Source: Eledone cirrhosa
Lineage: Eukaryota
Length of the DNA: 64,000 bases
NCBI GenBank assembly: GCA_964016885.1
Contig: OZ024748.1
Span: forward strand, 28,830,001-28,894,000
Reading direction: 5' to 3'
Position 1 is the first letter of the stretch. Every line of letters starts with the position of its first letter. Below, piece after piece: positions 27,285-41,900 of the stretch. A program made the translations under genes and the position numbers. Under the pieces are notes generated by a model. That model did not search any database. It saw only the letters and a list, made by a program, of their open reading frames with translations, and was not told the origin of the DNA.

Positions 27285-29765
27285 GTGGAAAGAGACAGGA
27301 GTAATTATGAGAGACATAGAAACAACCATGAGGCTGAGGCTGTTGGTGGAAATAGAAACAACACAACTAACAATAACAATAGCACTAGTACACATAAAGC
27401 AGCAGCCTGGAACTCTACTTTTTATAATCCCTCCGATAAGTCGTTCGACCTACGACGAGTCCACGCCACGACTCTGCCATTTAACAAACGCACGCAGTTG
27501 CCGTCGCAGGTCGATGAACAAACAGAAGCACAATTTGGTATAGCTAAATCCGAACTTAGAAATATTATAGAACAGTATAGCAAGAAGCATAATAGAATAG
27601 AGGCCCAGCAACTGGGAGAAAAATCTGCAAATGGCTTGCGTAAGCTCATGCAGCGCTCGCGTAATGGAGAGATAGCATGTTTTCCAACAGACAAGTCTGG
27701 CAGAATGTCGGTTGACAGCCTGCCAAACTACATCCAGGCAATGCAACCCCACATCACTAACACAAGAGAGGTAACACCACAGGAGCATGAGGATAGAGAA
27801 AAAGCCCTCAATGCCCATATGGTGATGTGGACGAATATAATGCAGCCCAACAAAAGGACTGCCAACAACTTCCAGGCCTGGAACAATGACGTGCCGGCGT
27901 TGTATGGGCTTCGAAAAGACCATAAAACGGGCTGGGACCCTGTCGCAGGACCACCAACACGGCCAGTCTGTGGGGCCAACATTGCTAGTAACTACAGACT
28001 GTCCTACTTCCTCTCCCTGATCATACGCCCCATCATTGAGATGTCCCCAGATGTGTGTGACAGCATGGAGGACCTCCTCAGCAGAATCGGCGCGAGTAAC
28101 CGATCTGGGGACCTAACAAACTGCATAATAGGCAGTATGGATGTTGTGTCCCTGTATCCATCTATTGACGTGGATTTTGCTGTGGAGAAATGCGTAGAAA
28201 TGATCAGCGAGAGCAAGGTTGAGTTCCGTGGGATTGATACCAGTGAGCTGGGACTTCTACTTAAGCTTACCCATAGTAATAGTTACCTAGACACTTATGA
28301 CCTTAGCAACCTGTGCCCTACAAGACCAGCAAGAGGCAGACCACCTACCATTACCTCAATGGCCAAGAAAACCTACACAGATAGATGGAACGGGTGGACC
28401 AGAGCCATACGGACACCCGAAAACCACGATGAACTGAAGAAAATGATTGCACATGCGGTAGGGGCCAGCATAAAATTAACCCTTAAGGAACATATGTTCA
28501 AATTTAATGGTAAAACATATGCCCAAGAGGAAGGAGCAGCCATTGGTGTTAGCATTGCAGGCGACATAGCTAACTTATTCATGGTATGGTGGGACAGTAG
28601 ACTTAAACAAAAACTTAAAGAACAATTAGAAGACAGCTTAACCCTGATAATGTACTCCCGCTACGTAGATGATATAAACATCGTAGTTAAGACACCCCCA
28701 CTAAAGAACAGTCAGGAACTAGAGAAAAACACAATGGAAAGCATCCAGCAAATAGCAAACTCCATCCACCAGAGCATTAGAGTTACTATAGACTACCCAA
28801 GTAGACACCCCAACCATCGATTACCTGTACTAGACACAGAGCTCTGGTTAGATACCATTAACAACCAAAAACAAATCCTCCATTCCCATTATGCCAAACC
28901 CATGACTTCCAAACATCTGATCCACCGAAACTCGGCCATTTCGGACCATACCAAAATCAACATACTGATTGCGGGTTTGGTACGGGTGATGAGAAATGTG
29001 TCCCGCATGTGCAACCCCGAAGAACTAGAGAGACACATACAACACTTCATCCACCGTATGCAGTTCTCTGGCTACAATCAGAGAGATAGAATCAGAGTGT
29101 ATAAAGGAGCCAGAACCAAATGGGAAAAAATGGTAAATAATGACATAAATGGGACCTGCCCCTTGTATAGGAGAAAATTTTGGAATAGAATAGAAAGAAC
29201 TAGGAACAAGGCCAATAGAATAAACTCATGGTATGATAGCAATAAATACCAGAGTGTAATGTTCATCAATACAACCTCTAGAGGCGAACTAGCCTACAAA
29301 TTTAGAAGGGCCCTAAATAAACATAATCTCAATATTAAGATAGTAGAAAGACCAGGTACCTCCGTAAAAACACTTATTAGCAAGACATACCCGTTCCAAA
29401 GACCCTCATGTATAGATAAGAAATGTATAACCTGTAAAATAAGCCGCCATATTAACTGTAAAACTAGAAATGTAGTGTATAGCATAAGATGTACAAAAGG
29501 ACAATGTAGAAACAAAAATATAGTGTACATAGGTGAGACAGCTCGTAGTATAGGGGAACGAATAAATGAACACTGGCGAGACCTCCAAGATAATAAAGAA
29601 TCATCTGTGCTCTACCAACATGCTAAGATAGAACACAGAGGTAGACTAGAGAACATAGAAATAAAAATAGAATCCACACACAGAAAAGACGCAATGTTTA
29701 GGCAAATTACAGAGGCAGTAAGCATAAAAGAATTAAAACCAAAATTAAATAGAAAATATGAGTGA
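27285..29765 (+). CDS. Penelope-like retroelement ORF: reverse transcriptase plus Cys-rich linker plus GIY-YIG endonuclease (826 aa open)
   Basis: TDKSG, RPV, SMDVVSLYPSI, QEEGAAIG, YSRYVDDI, LPVLD; C-x4-C-x2-C linker; NVVYSIRC...VYIGETARSIGERINEH. True start uncertain. Confidence 0.92.
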   Translation: MERDRSNYERHRNNHEAEAVGGNRNNTTNNNNSTSTHKAAAWNSTFYNPSDKSFDLRRVHATTLPFNKRTQLPSQVDEQTEAQFGIAKSELRNIIEQYSKKHNRIEAQQLGEKSANGLRKLMQRSRNGEIACFPTDKSGRMSVDSLPNYIQAMQPHITNTREVTPQEHEDREKALNAHMVMWTNIMQPNKRTANNFQAWNNDVPALYGLRKDHKTGWDPVAGPPTRPVCGANIASNYRLSYFLSLIIRPIIEMSPDVCDSMEDLLSRIGASNRSGDLTNCIIGSMDVVSLYPSIDVDFAVEKCVEMISESKVEFRGIDTSELGLLLKLTHSNSYLDTYDLSNLCPTRPARGRPPTITSMAKKTYTDRWNGWTRAIRTPENHDELKKMIAHAVGASIKLTLKEHMFKFNGKTYAQEEGAAIGVSIAGDIANLFMVWWDSRLKQKLKEQLEDSLTLIMYSRYVDDINIVVKTPPLKNSQELEKNTMESIQQIANSIHQSIRVTIDYPSRHPNHRLPVLDTELWLDTINNQKQILHSHYAKPMTSKHLIHRNSAISDHTKINILIAGLVRVMRNVSRMCNPEELERHIQHFIHRMQFSGYNQRDRIRVYKGARTKWEKMVNNDINGTCPLYRRKFWNRIERTRNKANRINSWYDSNKYQSVMFINTTSRGELAYKFRRALNKHNLNIKIVERPGTSVKTLISKTYPFQRPSCIDKKCITCKISRHINCKTRNVVYSIRCTKGQCRNKNIVYIGETARSIGERINEHWRDLQDNKESSVLYQHAKIEHRGRLENIEIKIESTHRKDAMFRQITEAVSIKELKPKLNRKYE

Positions 29766-30278
29766 AACAGCAACATCACAACTTACAATTAAGGACAAAA
29801 TGAAAACACACACAGGACAAAATGAAAACACACACACACATAGAACAAACAACTTACAATTAAGGACAAAATGAAAACACACACAGGACAAAATGAAAAC
29901 ACACACACACACATAGAACAAACAACCAACCAACCAACAATAAATAAATAAATAAATAAACAAATAGATAAATGAACACAAACACACACAGACACCCGGA
30001 TGTGGCGCATGCGCAAACTGAGCACACGACACACACAGAGAAACAAAATGGCGTAGGATAGAAGAAAGGAAAGGAATCCCCAGTCACTGAAGAGGTCACA
30101 GAGTGTGTGACGAAAGGACTATGACTATATATAAACAACTATCTGGTTGTGGAACCAACCAACCAACCAGAAATTTATAAGTTTGTAAATTTATAAATAT
30201 ATAATAAATTGAAGTGAAAGCAACTGGTGCATGTGTTTCTTATTGGCAACATGACCCTCCCAAAGTATAACAATATTT
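29766..30278 (+). mobile_element. Penelope 3' UTR / pseudo-LTR with internal tandem repeats
   Basis: Follows the ORF. Homologous to 45525-45782, contains an HHR, and ends in (TA)n. Confidence 0.8.
30082..30126 (+). ncRNA. Minimal type I hammerhead ribozyme in the Penelope pLTR
   Basis: AGUCA-CUGAAGA-G-GUCACA(GAGUG)UGUGAC-GAAA-G-GA-C-UA-UGACU. Confidence 0.75.
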
Positions 30279-30289
30279 ATATATATATT

Positions 30290-30348
<59 letters not shown>

Positions 30349-30365
30349 ATATTTATATATATATT

Positions 30366-30398
<33 letters not shown>

Positions 30399-30471
30399 AT
30401 ATATTTATATATATATTTATATATTTATATTTATATATTTATATTTATATATATATATATATTTATATATA

Positions 30472-30516
<45 letters not shown>

Positions 30517-30517
30517 A

Positions 30518-30564
<47 letters not shown>

Positions 30565-30629
30565 ATATTTATATATATATTTATATTTATATATATATTT
30601 ATATATATATTTATATATATATTTATAAT

Positions 30630-30660
<31 letters not shown>

Positions 30661-30669
30661 ATTTATATT

Positions 30670-30702
<33 letters not shown>

Positions 30703-30830
30703 ATTTATATTTATATATATATATATATTTATATATATATTTATATTTATATATATACATATATTTATATATATATTTATATATATATATATTTATATAT
30801 ATATTTATATATATATATTTATATATACAT
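30277..30830. repeat. Long interrupted (TA)n microsatellite
   Basis: Directly visible. Confidence 0.95.
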
Positions 30831-32456
30831 GTAAAGTTATATTTAAAATTGTTGGGTTACAACTAGTAAATATTTATAACTGATATAAAAGCACTCGACA
30901 AATATTTGGAGTATATTTACAATATTAAATAAATGGAGTTGTTGCAAACATAGATTAAACTCAACGTTTAAATATAAATTTAAATTTAAAATGTAGTATA
31001 TTTAGTTTGATTTATATTTATATGATAACTAGCCGATAAATCTTTTGATTCCTAAATCTTTGATTCCCTCTTTTTACTCTTTCTATTGTTTATTTTATTT
31101 TATTTATTTTTATTTTTTATTATTTTTTATCTAAACATTCCTCATGAAAAATTAAGCTACCCTAAAAGCCGATGCTCCAAATTTTTTTGAATTAACCTTA
31201 CACTAGATAAACTTCTATATTAAATATAGGAACTTATGTAGACATTATTGGACATCATAATCTTTTTTTGCGATATTCTTTGCTAGATGTGATTTGATAG
31301 ATAATTTTTGGCTTTGTCTTGTAATGAACTTGGCAATATATTGTCAATTAACTTTGAAGGGTTGTTCTTTGTGATTTATTTTTATTTTATTTTTATTTTT
31401 ATTTTTATTTTTATTTTTATTCTTTTAGTATTGTAGTATTCTATAATATTTTTATTTTTTATTTTATTTTTTTATTTTATTTTTAATATTTTTATATGTA
31501 AATTTTTAATACGTAATATTTTTTAATACGTAGTATTTTAATATGCAATATTTTTATTATGTAATATTCTTTCGTAATATATTTTTTTTAGTTTTCTATT
31601 CTATATTTTTATATATTTTTACTTATTATTATTATTATTGTTATCTTTGTTTATAATATAATATATATTTTCGATTAGTATATTGAAATCTGCTCTCTAT
31701 TTCTGCTTGATAGATAATCTTGTAGAGTAATCGCAAGAATAATAATACGCTCAAATTTTTATACCACACTGAGAATGTTTTCCGGTAACTAAAAGTTTGC
31801 AGAGTGAATCAGTTGGATTCACATTGATGTTTGTAGCTGTCACATAAACATATGAATTTTTTAAAACTAAACATAAGATAATGAATTTTCACACATTGTG
31901 AATACTTGTTTCATTCAGGAATACTGATATTTACAATATAGTGTAAGTTTTATAAATACTAATACATTAAAACATAGGGTTTTCTACGCCTCGAATATGT
32001 CTGGCTATTTTTAAATTTTTTTCTCTCTCTATATCTCTCTATATATCTCCCTTACATTAATACTTGAGATAAATAAATAAATAAATAAATAAATAAATGT
32101 ATCATTGATACACTTACTCAAAATGACCTCCCACTACCTAATTTTCTATATATATATATGTATCTATCTCTATTTCCTCTCTCTATATATATATATATCT
32201 CTTTCTGTCTCTTTACATGAAGCTCTTCGCTTTATCTATTTTTCCATCTCTCTATTTTGTCCCATGCATTTCTTCTTTTTCTTTTTCTTCTTTTTCTTCC
32301 TCTTCTTCGTTTTGTCTTTCTTTCTTTCTTTTTTCCCTCTTTTCTCTCTCTCTTTCTTTCTCTCTGTATTTTCACTGCTAGAGTAAACCTCTTCAAATGA
32401 AGTTGATGTTTATTACGGTATGTCGAATATATTTATCTATAAAACTGTTTATATTG

Positions 32457-32522
32457 TATTTTGTCTGATGAAGGCATAACATATTGTTAATATGATATCC
32501 CCGAAATATATATAATGAAATA
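32457..32522 (+). ncRNA. Type I hammerhead ribozyme
   Basis: UAUUUUGU-CUGAUGA-AGG..CAUAUU/AAUAUG..CCC-GAAA-UAUAUA-UA-AUGAAAUA. Stem III is palindromic. Confidence 0.6.
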
Positions 32523-32564
32523 AATATGGTTTTATAAATATAGTTTTCCATTTATTTAATATTG

Positions 32565-34300
<1,736 letters not shown>

Positions 34301-35000
34301 AAAACAAATAACGAAACGAAATTAAATTTCGTTTCGCTTCTAACTCACTTTTGTATGACTGACGCTTAAACAATTAAGTTAACGTGTACATCTACATATG
34401 TATACGGAAGTATTAGTATGCATATAAATACACACATGTATACATATGTACATGTACTCAGCTTTTCACTAGACACTTTACAGTGAGTGTCAGCTAGTCT
34501 GTATGTAACTACACAGACGGACCGGGTTTTAGAGTCATACGAGTTTTCAAGGAAACATATTTCCTCTATTCTCCAGAGGGCCAGACAGTATGTAACCACA
34601 CAGGCGGACCGGGTTTTAGAGTCATACGAGTTTTCAAGGAAACACATTTCCTCTATTCTCCAGAGGGCCAGACAGGAATATTGGACTAGTTTCGATGTTA
34701 TTACATCTCATCAGCAATATTTACCCATCTTCCGGCTTCTCTGGAGAATTGTAAAAGCACATATCGTTATATGCTTTTTCTATGAAAATTAGTAGTGGGT
34801 AGACTAATTTGCATAGAACGTGAGTCATTGTACACACGGTTCAGCGGAAACGATAAAAACAAATAACGAAACGAAATTAAATTTCGTTTCGCTTCTAACT
34901 CACTTTTGTATGACTGACGCTTAAACAATTAAGTTAACGTGTACATCTACATATGTATACGGAAGTATTAGTATGCATATAAATATAAATACACACATGT
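34301..35000 (-). mobile_element. Non-coding HHR-bearing tandem repeat (retrozyme / non-autonomous PLE-like), ~1.3 units
   Basis: 34301-34440 is repeated at 34857-35000. The block is the reverse complement of 37507-38257 and contains an HHR. Confidence 0.75.
34677..34721 (-). ncRNA. Minimal type I hammerhead ribozyme
   Basis: AAUAUUG-CUGAUGA-GAUGU(AAUA)ACAUC-GAAA-CUAG-UC-CAAUAUU. The core is perfect, the site is GUC, and ACUAGU is palindromic. Confidence 0.9.
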
Positions 35001-37453
35001 CATCATCATCATCATCATTTTACGTCCGCTTTTCCCTGCTTGCAAGGGTGGGACGGGTCTTATTCAGCACAGCATCTCTCCACTCGTCACGGTCCCTCGT
35101 CACGGTCCCTCGTCATCTCCACCGTGAGCTTCAATGATCTGAGGTCTGTTCTCACCACCTCCGCCCATGTTTTTCGTGGTCTACCTCTACTACGTCTTCC
35201 TTCAACTGGCATTTCCTGGCACTTCTTCACCCATCGGTCATCCTCCATGCGCATCACATGTCCATACCACCTCAGTCTCCTCTCCCGTACACTACATTCT
35301 ATCCCTCTCAGACACAGTTTCTCTCTCAACACATTTATGCTGGGTCGTTCACGCACATTTACACTGCACATCCAACGGAGCATGCTTGCCTCATTTCTCT
35401 CCAGCCGTCGCATATCTTCTGCGGTAGCTGCCCATGTCTCACTACCATGCAGCATCGCGCTCCTCACACAGGCATCATACAACCGGCCTTTCGTACGCAG
35501 GGAGAAACCCTTCTTCGTCAACAGAGGAAGCAGCTCCCTAAACTTCTTCCAACCCGTCCTTATTCTAGATACTATGGCCTCGGAACACCCTCCTCCCATG
35601 CTAATCTGATCTCCTAGGTACCGGAAGCTATCCACCACTTCTATAGCGCCCTCTCGCATTTGAAAAATGTGTCTATCAGTGCGACTTCTACTGTCTAATT
35701 TCCCTGTACATCTACTGCATACATATTTCTCCCTACCTGTTAGTTTGCCTGCTATCCCGCGACATCTCTTGTGTACCCAGGACCTACATTGTGTGCATTT
35801 TATAGAATTTATGCCAGTTCCTTTTCTGCATATCGAACATGGCCATTTCCCTGACGGAATCAGGGTTTTGTCCTCTTTTCTACTCATCAACACTTTTGTC
35901 TTAGCTAGATTTACTCTCAGTCCTCTTGCTTCCAACTGCTGATCCATAGCCGGAATTTATTCTCTAGCTCCTCTACTGATTCTGCCATAAGAGCCAGATC
36001 GTCAGCATAGAGAAGTTCCCATGGACAGCCAGTCTTAAACTCCTCTGTTATGGCTTGGAGGACTATAATGAACAAGAGCGGGCTGAGGACCGAACCCTGA
36101 TGTACTCCTACTTGTATCTGGAATTCCTCACTAAACTCCATTCCTACCCTGACTTTACTGAGAGTACCTCTGTACAAAGTTTGCACTGTCCTTACAAGCC
36201 ATTCCTCAACACCCAGCTTCCTTAGGGACCACCAGATGACAGATCGGGGTACCCTATCAAAGGCCTTCTCTAGGTCAACAAAGGCCAAGTATAGTGGCTT
36301 ATTCTTCTCTAAGAACCTCTCTTGCATTTGTCTCACCAAGAAGAGGGCATCTGTTGTACTCTTCCCAGGCACAAAACCAAACTGCATCTCATCTAGTTTG
36401 ACCCTTTCTCTAATTAGTTGTGCTAAAATCCTTTCTGCCACTTTCATAACCTGATCTATCAGTTTTATACCCCTATAATTGCTCCTCTCCAAAGCATCCC
36501 CTTTACCTTTGTAGCAATTTATGAGAATACTGCTGCACCAGTCTTTGGGTATGACACCACCATATATAGCCTGATTGATTATGCGTGCAACCAGTTTAGT
36601 GCCTACGTCCCCTGATGCCTTCAGCATCTCAGCAACTATTCCCGATGGTCCGGCCGCCTTACCATTTTTCATTTCCCTAATCGCCTCTTGGACCCTATAT
36701 TCGTCAATCTCAATAGCTGGTCCCTCTGTCGGATCTACCAAGGGTAATTTCTCTCTCTCCCATTCGTTCTCCACATTCATCAGTCTCTCATAATGACATT
36801 TCCAGGCCTCCTTTTTCTGGTCATTCGTGACACTAAGTACACCGGCATCATCCCGGACACATTTATCACCAACAACATCCTGATTTGCATTGACACACTG
36901 CCTTGCAATGTGGAACACCGCACGCCTCTGATCTTCCCGTCGCAGAACATTGGCAAACCTCCTACTCTCTGCCTCCCTGCGTGCTAAGTACACCTGACGT
37001 CTAGCTTCTCTCTTAGTGGCTGTATATTCTTCCCTACTCCCACCCTTATTCCAAGCCTTCCATGCTAGTCTTTTGTCTCTAATAGCCTTATCTACACTGC
37101 TGTTCCACCACCAGGTCACTCTCTGTCTGGTTGGAGCTCTGCTCCAGCCACAGGTTTCATCAGTAACCTTCAGCAAGTTGTCACGTAAGAACTTCCAGTT
37201 ATTATCTATGTCATACGTCTCTAAATCGTCTTCTTTTTCGTCATATACATCTTGAAGGGCTTTCCTAAATTTGAATTTTAGTGAAAGGTCTTTTAGCTTC
37301 CAGACCTTTCTTCTCCACACCTTCCTATATGGCTCATTCCATCTCTTGCTTACTGAGATATCACTAACAACTAACCTATGCTGTGGGGTACATTCTTCCC
37401 CAGGGTATGCCTTGGTATTAGACACTATCTGCCTGTCCCGCTGCCTAACTAGC
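35001..37453 (-). mobile_element. 5'-truncated RTE LINE, close copy of the 38975-42031 element
   Basis: RT ORF 35917-37453 (DLEKAFDRV, QGSVLSPLLF, YADD), PHD-like finger and (ATG)n tail. Confidence 0.92.
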
Positions 37454-37506
37454 AGGCCAGACAGGAATGTTGGACTAGTTTCGATGTTATTACATCTCAT
37501 CAACAA

Positions 37507-38257
37507 TGGCCCTCTGGAGAATAGAGGAAATGTGTTTCCTTGAAAACTCGTATGACTCTAAAACCCGGTCCGCCTGTGTGGTTACATACAGACTAGCTGA
37601 CACTCACTGTAAAGTGTCTAGTGAAAAGCTGAGTACATGTACATATGTATACATGTGTGTATTTATATGCATACTAATACTTCCGTATACATATGTAGAT
37701 GTACATTTTTAACTTAATTGTTTAAGCGTCAGTCATACAAAAGTGAGTTACAAACGAAACGAAATTTAATTTCGTTTCGTTATTTGTTTTTATCGTCTCC
37801 GTTGAACCGGTACGTACTCACACGCTATGCAAATTAGTCTGCCCACTACTAATTTTCATAGAAAAAGCATATAACGATATGTGCTTTTACGATTCTCCAG
37901 AAAGGCCGGTAGATAGGTAAATATTGCTGATGAGTTGTAACAACAACGAAACTAGTTCAATATTCCTTGTCTGGCTTTCTGGAGAATAGAGGAAAGGTGT
38001 TTCCTCAAAAACCAGTATGACTCTAAAAACCGGTTTGTCTGTGTGTTTACATACAGAATAGCTGGATACTCACAGTAAAGTAACCAGTGAAAGACTTGGT
38101 ACATCTACATATGTATACGTGTGTGTATTCATATGCATACTAGTATTTCAGTATACATATGTAGATGTACATTTTTAACTTAATTGTTTAAGCGTCAGTC
38201 ATACAAAAGTGAGTTACAAACGAAACGAAATTTAATTTCGTTTCGTTATTTGTTTTT
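37507..38257 (+). mobile_element. Non-coding HHR-bearing tandem repeat, ~1.6 units, period ~466 bp
   Basis: 37507-37793 is repeated at ~37973-38257 and is the inverted copy of 34301-35000. Confidence 0.75.
37920..37964 (+). ncRNA. Minimal type I hammerhead ribozyme
   Basis: AAUAUUG-CUGAUGA-GUUGU(AACA)ACAAC-GAAA-CUAG-UU-CAAUAUU. Confidence 0.9.
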
Positions 38258-38310
38258 ATATATATATATATATAACTATATATATATATAACTATATATA
38301 TAACTATATA

Positions 38311-38371
<61 letters not shown>

Positions 38372-38870
38372 CTATATATATATATATAACTATATATATA
38401 TATATAACTATATATATATATATATAACTATATATATATATATAACTATATATATATATATAACTATATATATATATATAACTATATATATATATAACTA
38501 TATATATATATATATAACTATATATATATATATATAACTATATATATATATATATAACTATATTTATATATATATATAACTATATATATATATATAACTA
38601 TATATATATATATAACTATATATATATATATAACTATATATATATATATATAACTATATATATATATATAACTATATTTATATATATAACTATATTTATA
38701 TATATAACTATATTTATATATAACTATATTTATATATAACTATATTTATATATAACTATATTTATATATAACTATATTTATATATAACTATATTTATATA
38801 TATATATATATATATATATAAATATATTTATATATATATATATATATACATACATATAAATATACATATA
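38258..38870. repeat. (TA)n array punctuated by AAC
   Basis: Directly visible. Confidence 0.95.
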
Positions 38871-38974
38871 TATGCTAGCGTGGAAGATAGACGTTAAACG
38901 ATGATGATGATATATATATACATATAAATATATATATATATATATACACATATACATACATATAAATATATATA

Positions 38975-41900
38975 TCATCATCATCATAATCATTTTACGT
39001 CCGCTTTTCCCTGCTTGCAAGGGTGGGACAGGTCTTATTCAGCACAGCATCTCTCCACTCGTCACGGTCCTTCGTCATCTGCACCATGAGCTAAAATAAT
39101 CTGAGGTCTGTTCTCACCACCTCTGCCCATGTTTTTCGTGGTCTACCTCTACCACGTCTTCCTTCAACTGGCACTTCTTCACCCATCGGTCATCCTCCAT
39201 GCGCATCACATGTCCATACCACCTCAGTCTCCTCTCCGGTACACTACATTCTATCCCTCTCAGACACAGTTTCTCTCTCAACACATTTATGCTGGGTCGT
39301 TCACGCACATTTACACTGCACATCCAACGGAGCATGCTTGCTTCATTTCTCTCCAGCCGTTGCATATCCTCTGCAGTTGCTGCCCATGTCTCACTACCAT
39401 GCAGCATCGCGCTCCTCACACAGGCATCATACAACCGGCCTTTCGTATGCAGGGAGAAACCCTTCTTCATCAACAGAGGAAGCAGCTCCCTAAACTTCTT
39501 CCATCCCGTCCTTATACTATGGCCTCGGAACACCCTCCTCCCATGCTAATCTGATCTCCTAGGTACCTGAAGCTATCCACGACTTCTATAGCGCCCTCCT
39601 GCATTTGAAAAATGTGTCTATCAATGCGACTTCTACTGTCTAATTTCCCTGTACATCTACAGCATACATATTTCTCCCTACCTGTTAGTTTGCCTGCTAT
39701 CCCGCTACATCTCTTGTGTACCCAGGATCTGCATTGTGTGCATTTTATAGAATTTATGCCAGTTCCTTTTCTGCATATCGAACATGGCCATTTCCCTGAC
39801 GGAATCAGGGTTTTGTCCTCTTTTCTACTCATCAACACTTGTCTTAGCTAGGTTCACTCTCACTCCTCTTAATTCCAACTGCTGTTTCCATAGCCAGAAT
39901 TTATTCTCTAGCTCCTCTACTGATTCTGCTATAAGAACCAGATCGTCAGCATAGAGAAGTTCCCATGGACAGCCAGTCTTAAACTCCTCTGTTATGGCTT
40001 GGAGGACTATAATGAACAAGAGCAGGCTGAGGACCGAACCCTGATGTACTCCTACTTGTATCTGGAATTCCTCACTAAACTCCATTCCTACCCTGACTTT
40101 ACTGAGAGTACCTCTGTACAAAGTTTGCACTGTCCTCACAAGCCATTCCTCAACACCTAGCTTCCTTAGGGACCACCAGATGACAGATCGGGGTACCCTA
40201 TCAAAGGCCTTCTCTAGGTCAACAAAGGCTAAGTGTAGTGGCTTATTCTTCTCTAAGAACCTCTCTTGCAATTGTCTCACCAAGAAGAGGGCATCTGTTG
40301 TACTCTTCCCAGGCACAAAACCAAACTGCATCTCATCTAGTTTGACCCTTTCTCTAATTAGTTGTGCTAAAATCCTTTCTGCCACTTTCATAACCTGATC
40401 TATCAGTTTTATAGCCCTATAATTGCTCCTCTCCAGACCATCCCCTTTACCTTTGTAGCAATTTATGAGAATACTGCTGCACCAGTCTTTGGGTATGACA
40501 CCACCATATATAGCCTGATTGATGATGCGTGCAACCAGTTTAGTGCCTACGTCCCCTGATGCCTTCAGCATCTCAACAACTATTCCCGATGGTCTGGCAG
40601 CCTTACCATTTTTCATTTCCCTAATCGCCTCTTGGACCCTATATTCGTCAATCTCAATAGCTGGTCCCTTTGTCGGATCTACCAAGGGTAATTTCTCTCT
40701 CTCCCATTTGTTCTCCACATTCATCAGTCTCTCATAATGACATTTCCAGGCCTCCTTTTTCTGATCATTCGTGACACTAAGTACACCGGCATCATCCCGG
40801 ACACATTTATCTCCAACAACATCCTGATTTGCATTGTCACACTGCCTTGCAATGTGGAACACAGCACGCCTCTGATCTTCCCGTCGCAGAACATTGGCAA
40901 ACCTCCTACTCTCTGCCTCCCTGCGTGCTAAGTACACCTGACGTCTAGCTTCTCTCTTCGTGGCTGTATATTCTTCCCTACTCCCACCCTTTTTCCAAGC
41001 CTTCCATGCTAGTCTTTTGTCTCTAATAGCCTTATCTACTGTGCTGTTCCACCACCAGGTCACTCTTTGTCTGGTTGGAGCTCTGCTCCAGCCACAAGTT
41101 TCATCAGTAGCCTGCAGCAAGTTGTCATGTAAGAAATTCCAGTTATTAACTATGCCATACGTCTCTAAATCGTCTTCTTTTTCGTCATATACATCTTGAA
41201 GGGCTTTCCTAAATTTGTATTTTAGTGAAAGGTCTTTTAGCTTCCAGACTTTTCTTCTCCACACCTTCCTATATGTCTCATTCCATCTCTTGCTTACTGA
41301 GATATCACTAACGACTAACCTATACTGTGGGGTACATTCTTCCCCAGGGTATGCCTTGGTATTAGACACTATCTGCCTGTCCCGCTGCCTAACTAGTAAG
41401 AAGTCAATCTGGCTTATGTGCTCACCAGATTTGTAGGTTATTAGGTGATTGGCAGGTTTCTGGAAGTTTGTGTTGCAAATAGTCAATGTACCTGCATCAC
41501 AAAATTCAAGAAGTCCCACTCCTTCTTCATTTCTTGAACCGTAACCGTGCCCACCATGTACCCCAGTGTAACCATCCTGGAGCTGTCCAACATGACCATT
41601 GAAGTCTCCTGCTAGCATAACGATGTCATTGCGGTTGTTTGCAAAAGTTGCTCATAAAAGCAGTCTTTCTCATCTTTGCCTAGGCCTGCTTGGGGAGCAT
41701 AGACCGAGATGATTGTCAGTAGTCTCCTACCTACAACTAATCTAAGCTTAATTATTCGATTACTAACTCGAACTACCTCTATTGTCTTATTGATCCATTT
41801 CTCAGCCAGGAAAATGCCTACTCCCCCTAACCCATCATCCTTACCTACCCAGAATAGCTTATAGCTAAAACGTTTGCCTACGACTAGTCTCGCAGAGGCA

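Noticed and set aside
37468-37507. Third HHR copy of the tandem unit
   Set aside because: C3>U in the core and a truncated stem I; probably inactive.
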